NCBI GenBank assembly: GCA_036630325.1
Contig: CP142736.1
Location: forward strand, 186,001-250,000
From: Vairimorpha necatrix
Taxonomy: Eukaryota
Length of the DNA stretch: 64,000 bases
Direction: 5' to 3'
Numbering within the stretch: the stretch's first letter is position 1; each line of letters opens with the position of its first letter. Shown here one piece after another: positions 62,083 through 64,000 of this stretch. Made by a program: the position numbers and the translations under genes. The notes beneath the pieces were generated by a model, which saw nothing but the letters and a program-made list of their open reading frames with translations, was not told the origin of the DNA and did not search any database.

Positions 62083-63324
62083 CAGGGGGTTAGATTGTTT
62101 TATAGTCCAGGTTTTGCATTTTAATAGTTCAACTTTGCATTTTTATTTTATATTTTTTTAATAAAATAAAACCTCTTTTATGACTAGAAAAGCCATAGCA
62201 ACAGTCGCACCGGATGTCTGCAAGCACAAGGAAAACGACTAAAAAATAAAACTTGAATATAAAAGATAATGCTAATAAATTAGATTTTAGTTTAAAACAA
62301 ATAAATATTTCGTTGGAAAATGCATGATGGAGAGCTTGATTTTTCTAATAAGGCTTAAATCGAATAAAAATTTCATTTCCACGAGTATATAAACCGATAG
62401 ATCTTGTGTAAAAAAATAATTACCTTGGCAAAGACATGACATTTAGTGCAATTAAAGAAGATCTCAATACAAAAGCAATTGTTTCAATGTTGTTGTCGAC
62501 TATTTCGAGAATTTTAAGATAATAAAATAAATATTACAGGAAAAAATTATCACAGATTTCTGCAGAGCGTAATTAACAGGACGAAATAAAAAATAGCTGA
62601 ATATGGCTTGAAAACATCGGTTTAGTTGACTAGAAAATTTTATGTTTGGATGAAACTGGATTTAATACTTTTATTACGAAGCATTATGGATTTTAATGAA
62701 AAAATAAAAAAGCATTTAAAACAGTTCCCGCAAATCGATTCTAAAATTTAGTTATCTTTGAGTGATCTCTAAATTGGGCCTTATTGCATACGAAATAAAA
62801 AGAACGCATGTAATTCTTACCATTCATCGAGTTTATTAAAAGTTATCTTGTGATTTTTCCGATCAAATACTCAAAGGATTTTAGTCGTAAATTATTGCAA
62901 AGCCATCATTTTCAAAAAAATTTGGAATAACTAAGAGATTGGGTATTTCCTATGTTTTTTTTGACCAAAATACACCACAGCTTAATCTTATTGAAAAAAT
63001 TTTAAGATAAAATCAAGGTTTTGTTAATAAGAAAACAAATAATACAGAAAAAACGGATTTAGAACAAGTTTTAAACAATAATTTTAGATTATCGTATAGT
63101 GGATTCTCACTAATATGGTAAGATGGCTAGTAGAAATGGCAAGGCAGCATAATGAATTTATCTAATTAAATATGATTGTATATTCTTTTACACATAAATC
63201 TATTGATTATTCTTTTTTACAAAATTAAACGGTTTTTATAATTTATTGCTTCGAAAAATGGATTATAAAAATCAAAAAATATACTATAAAAATCAAAAGT
63301 TGAAGTAAAAAATGCAAACCCCTG
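62083..63324 (+). mobile_element. Decayed IS630/Tc1-like DNA transposon
   Basis: TA-CAGGGG...CCCCTG-TA ends. Remnant motifs CLDETGFN (~62643) and PQLNLIE (~62975); no intact ORF. Confidence 0.75.
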
Positions 63325-64000
63325 TAAATAATTAGCACTTTTAAAACACTTGTAAGTTGATTTGCGATGAGTTTATAAGACATTAGCTTTATGTTTCTGT
63401 CGCGCTTTTGGTATTTTGGTTTTTACGGATTTAGGAGCATTTCCACTTACACCCCCCCCCTTACATATATAAATACCAATTTTTAAAAATATCCCTGATT
63501 TTCGAAATTCAAAGCGGACAGAACGGGAAGCAGAAAAATCTAAAAAAAATTATAAATAAAACAAGATAATAATTAAAATAAACAAATTATTTTTTCGTTT
63601 TTTTAATTTTTTTTGTTTCTTTATTTTACTATCTACTTGATTAAATCTGTACTTATTATACATTTTATGTATAATAATAAGAAATATTATTTTATTTATA
63701 TATAATGAACATTTAACACAACTAAATTATAATTTATAACTTAAAAATATGTAAAATCATATATTAAATCAATTCATATAAATTGTATAGCAGTTTTTTT
63801 CTCATAGTTTACATCTTTTATGTTATAAAAAACATTTGAATGATTTAAAAAACATAAACATGAGATTTTGAATCTTCGTTGTCTATAAAAACTAATAAAT
63901 TAACAAAAATACTAATTTTTTATACATAGTAAAAATAATTATAAACAAATCTAATATCTGTTTAAAACAGCATAAAAATAATGAAAACATTACTATAAGC

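Noticed and set aside
63451-63545. C9 run followed by a GC-richer patch, a possible TE terminus or telomere-like seed
   Set aside because: No partner end or tandem repeat inside the window.

Overview
This is a very AT-rich, gene-sparse eukaryotic region with no apparent introns, most consistent with a large-genome microsporidian. The main sign is a CCC or GGG motif a few bases before the ATG of the intact genes; serpins and the transposon (TE) mix fit too, but the species cannot be named from sequence alone. Host content: a co-oriented array of five paralogues of an unrecognised ~760-aa, probably secreted protein (three intact, one with a single frameshift, one TE-riddled pseudogene), two convergent serpins with non-canonical hinges, and one small orphan gene. 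The rest is a dense, nested TE collection, mostly with readable termini and target-site duplications (TSDs). It includes one near-complete Ty3/Gypsy element, two ~2.1-kb non-autonomous LTR elements, two solo LTRs, Tc1 (x2), Ginger, MULE, Merlin (x3), a Buster-type hAT, restriction-like endonuclease (RLE) non-LTR 3' fragments (x3) and two copies of a long tRNA-headed SINE. The most novel signals are: (i) two LTR elements with a 14-bp palindrome (core ATTGAATTCAAT) exactly where the tRNA primer-binding site (PBS) should be, read in different Gag frames; (ii) a fixed-spacing ATAAAAGAAA-N12/13-GGGT-ATG module shared by otherwise unrelated LTRs, which starts Gag inside the LTR; (iii) a MULE bracketed by a 78-bp direct repeat; (iv) two different LINE fragments truncated at the same codon. 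All alignments and coordinates were read by eye and no database search was run.
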